A stretch of DNA of 64,000 nucleotides from a virus. A program made the translations under genes and the position numbers. A model generated the notes under the pieces. The model was not told where the DNA came from. It ran no database searches and saw only the letters and a program-made list of their open reading frames with translations. The DNA lies in IMG/VR virus record IMGVR_UViG_3300033568_000010, positions 1 to 64,000 of that record; one strand, 5' to 3'. How positions within the stretch are numbered: position 1 is the stretch's first letter; every line of letters begins with the position of its first letter. Positions 62,114 through 64,000 of this stretch are shown here, piece after piece.

Positions 62114-64000
62114 TAAAATTGAAGCCAGACGAGGAAGATCTTCTCATGCGCGTGTTGGAAGACGACATGCATAATGACAGGTCTTTCTGGGACACCTTAT
62201 CTACCAAAGAAAAAGAGTGGGTAGTGTCTGTGCTTAGAAGTGAAGATGAAGGGCTAAACCTCAACACACTATGGGAGTATGACTTCCTTGGCCCTGTACC
62301 CACCATCCAAGAGGCTATGGATGCTAATTATGTTGATGACGATGGTGTTGAAGTAAACTACTACTTCGGGCCTGATTTTAAGCACTTGTATCCTTTCTGG
62401 AAGAACGAAATGAAAATCGTTCTATCCCCAGATTCACAAATATTTGAGCACATTCTTACGGGTTCAATTGGAGGAGGAAAGACTACATTAGCAGTGTTTG
62501 AGAACGTGTTTAAGCTTGTGCAGCTTTCTAGGCTTAGAAATCCTCATGCTTACTACAACCTAATGGCATCTTCTCCTATTGTATTCTCCCTATTCAACGT
62601 TACTAAAGAGCGAGCAGACCTGTCAGCATACACTATGTTTAAGAACATAGTAAACACCGCACCTTACTTCAGAGAAAACTTCCCCGTGGACACTAGACGT
62701 GTTGCGGATGATACAGCGGAGGACGATAAGAAGTACGCAGTAAAGCTACCAAAGAACATTCGTATCATCCTAGGATCTAAGCCAGACAGCGCAATTTCTA
62801 CAAACGTCATTGGTGGCATTCTCGATGAGGTAAACTTTAAAGAGCTAAAGACGGATAAGAATACGCAGGGCATGAAAGGAACACAGGCGTATAAGATCTA
62901 CACTAACGTAATTAAGCGTATCCTTTCTCGATTTGCTGCGGACGATAGAAAGAAGCCGGGAATCCTGTGTAACGTCAGTTCTAGGCAGAGTATTACTGAC
63001 TTCCTAGAAGAGCATATGAAGGGCCTTCGGGATCAGGGTAGAGTATGTACCTGTACCGAGGTTCCTCATACGTGTGATGGAAAGTCTACTAGAATCGTTG
63101 AGGCTTCAATTTATAAGATGAAGCCAGCAGGGACATACAGTACGACGAAGTTCAGAGTACAGGTAGGCAATAAGTATATAGGACATAGGATTCTTGCGGG
63201 AGATGAATCTCCTGCTGAAGGGTGTGATGTAGAAGAGGTTCCTATTGACTTCATACAGGCGTATGAAAACGATATAGATGGAGCAATCAGAGATATATCC
63301 GGTATTGCTACACTAGGTACGCAGCCATTCCTTAGAGATCCTGAAAAACTTATTAAGTGTGTTAACTATTCAAGGACTAATCCTTTCCCTCCAAGTGTTG
63401 AGTTATACTCACAGATGGTAAAAGGCCCTGACGGGTTATTTACCGACATAGGGCCTACACTAGAGGACTATTTAATCAAAGAGTCACTAGTCAAGCACTT
63501 TGGACAAACATATCAACCACGCTACTATCCCGGCAATCAAAGGTTTCTACACATGGACTTGTCTCTTACTGGAGACTGCACGGGTGTAGCTATGGGGTGT
63601 GTAAGTGAGTTGATCCGTGTGAGACGGGTTAATAGAGATGGTTCGATCTCTGAAAGTGTAGCACCAAGAATATGGTTTGATTTCTTGCTCCAGATAGTAC
63701 CTGTAAAAGGCTTTGAGATAGACTACGCAAAAATAAGACAGTTTATCTACACGCTTAGAAATGTGTATAACTTCCCTCTGGACATAATAAGTACCGATAC
63801 GTATCAGTCTAGTGATATGCGACAGCAGCTAGAGAAAGAGGGGTTTAACACGGAAATCATCTCTATGGATACTCCAAGGGACGATAATGCACTAGCTACA
63901 AGGATGGTAATCATGGAGGGAAGAATAGATATGCCCTTCCACCCAATACTTATCGAAGAAACCTCCAACCTTTTCCATGACAAGGAAAAACGGAAGGTAG
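62110..64000 (+). CDS. terL: Terminase large subunit (3' end beyond the window)
   Basis: Frame open from ATG 62110 to the window end. LTGSIGGGKTT (Walker A), GGILDEVNF (Walker B) and MDLSLTGDCTGVAMGC (nuclease Asp region). Confidence 0.8.
   Translation, partial: MIKLKPDEEDLLMRVLEDDMHNDRSFWDTLSTKEKEWVVSVLRSEDEGLNLNTLWEYDFLGPVPTIQEAMDANYVDDDGVEVNYYFGPDFKHLYPFWKNEMKIVLSPDSQIFEHILTGSIGGGKTTLAVFENVFKLVQLSRLRNPHAYYNLMASSPIVFSLFNVTKERADLSAYTMFKNIVNTAPYFRENFPVDTRRVADDTAEDDKKYAVKLPKNIRIILGSKPDSAISTNVIGGILDEVNFKELKTDKNTQGMKGTQAYKIYTNVIKRILSRFAADDRKKPGILCNVSSRQSITDFLEEHMKGLRDQGRVCTCTEVPHTCDGKSTRIVEASIYKMKPAGTYSTTKFRVQVGNKYIGHRILAGDESPAEGCDVEEVPIDFIQAYENDIDGAIRDISGIATLGTQPFLRDPEKLIKCVNYSRTNPFPPSVELYSQMVKGPDGLFTDIGPTLEDYLIKESLVKHFGQTYQPRYYPGNQRFLHMDLSLTGDCTGVAMGCVSELIRVRRVNRDGSISESVAPRIWFDFLLQIVPVKGFEIDYAKIRQFIYTLRNVYNFPLDIISTDTYQSSDMRQQLEKEGFNTEIISMDTPRDDNALATRMVIMEGRIDMPFHPILIEETSNLFHDKEKRKV

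Noticed and set aside
1-64000. Search by eye for tRNA/rRNA genes, CRISPR arrays, integrase/recombinase, transposase, reverse transcriptase (DGR/retron) and toxin-antitoxin pairs
   Set aside because: Intergenic gaps are short (all under ~300 nt) and none shows a cloverleaf-like arrangement or regular repeats. No ORF shows the corresponding catalytic motifs. A tRNAscan or Infernal run would be needed to exclude small RNAs formally.

Overview
The window is a 64-kb stretch of a lytic, contractile-tailed (myovirus-type) dsDNA phage genome. Every convincing gene is on the + strand. I found no tRNA, rRNA, CRISPR array, integrase or transposase.

Gene order:
- 1-5.5 kb: Cys-rich or basic proteins of unknown role and a possible tail terminator.
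- 5.5-12.8 kb: tail sheath, tail tube, a gp26-like chaperone with an apparent +1 recoding site, and the tape measure.
- 12.8-33.6 kb: a large baseplate and fibre module. It holds a tube-initiator-like protein, a LysM protein, the hub, a gp5/VgrG-like spike, an 817-aa beta-helix protein, a PAAR-like cap, gp25-like and gp6/J-like wedge proteins, two tandem paralogues, a gpI-like protein with a Kelch domain, and a 1564-aa NHL-repeat fibre.
- 33.7-37.1 kb: an NlpC/P60 endolysin, a holin and small accessory ORFs.
- About 37.1-37.4 kb: a strong terminator abutting a promoter, marking the late/early boundary.
- 37.7-38.3 kb: a GC3-rich, apparently leaderless Mu Gam-like cassette with its own promoter and terminator.
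- 38.4-39.8 kb: a multidomain protein ending in a 2H phosphoesterase.
- 39.8-60.1 kb: a T4-like replication, recombination and nucleotide module. It holds a UvsW-like helicase, a DnaB-like helicase, a primase, a UDG-like domain fused to PolA, UvsY-like, gp32-like and RecA/UvsX-like proteins, a FEN, a dNMP kinase, an HNH endonuclease, a single-chain Mre11-Rad50 fusion, a dUTPase, a RusA-like protein and a class II RNR.
- 60.2-64.0 kb: a gp55-like factor, two overlapping ORFs and a 3'-truncated large terminase.

All functional calls come from motif recognition by eye. No database search was run.
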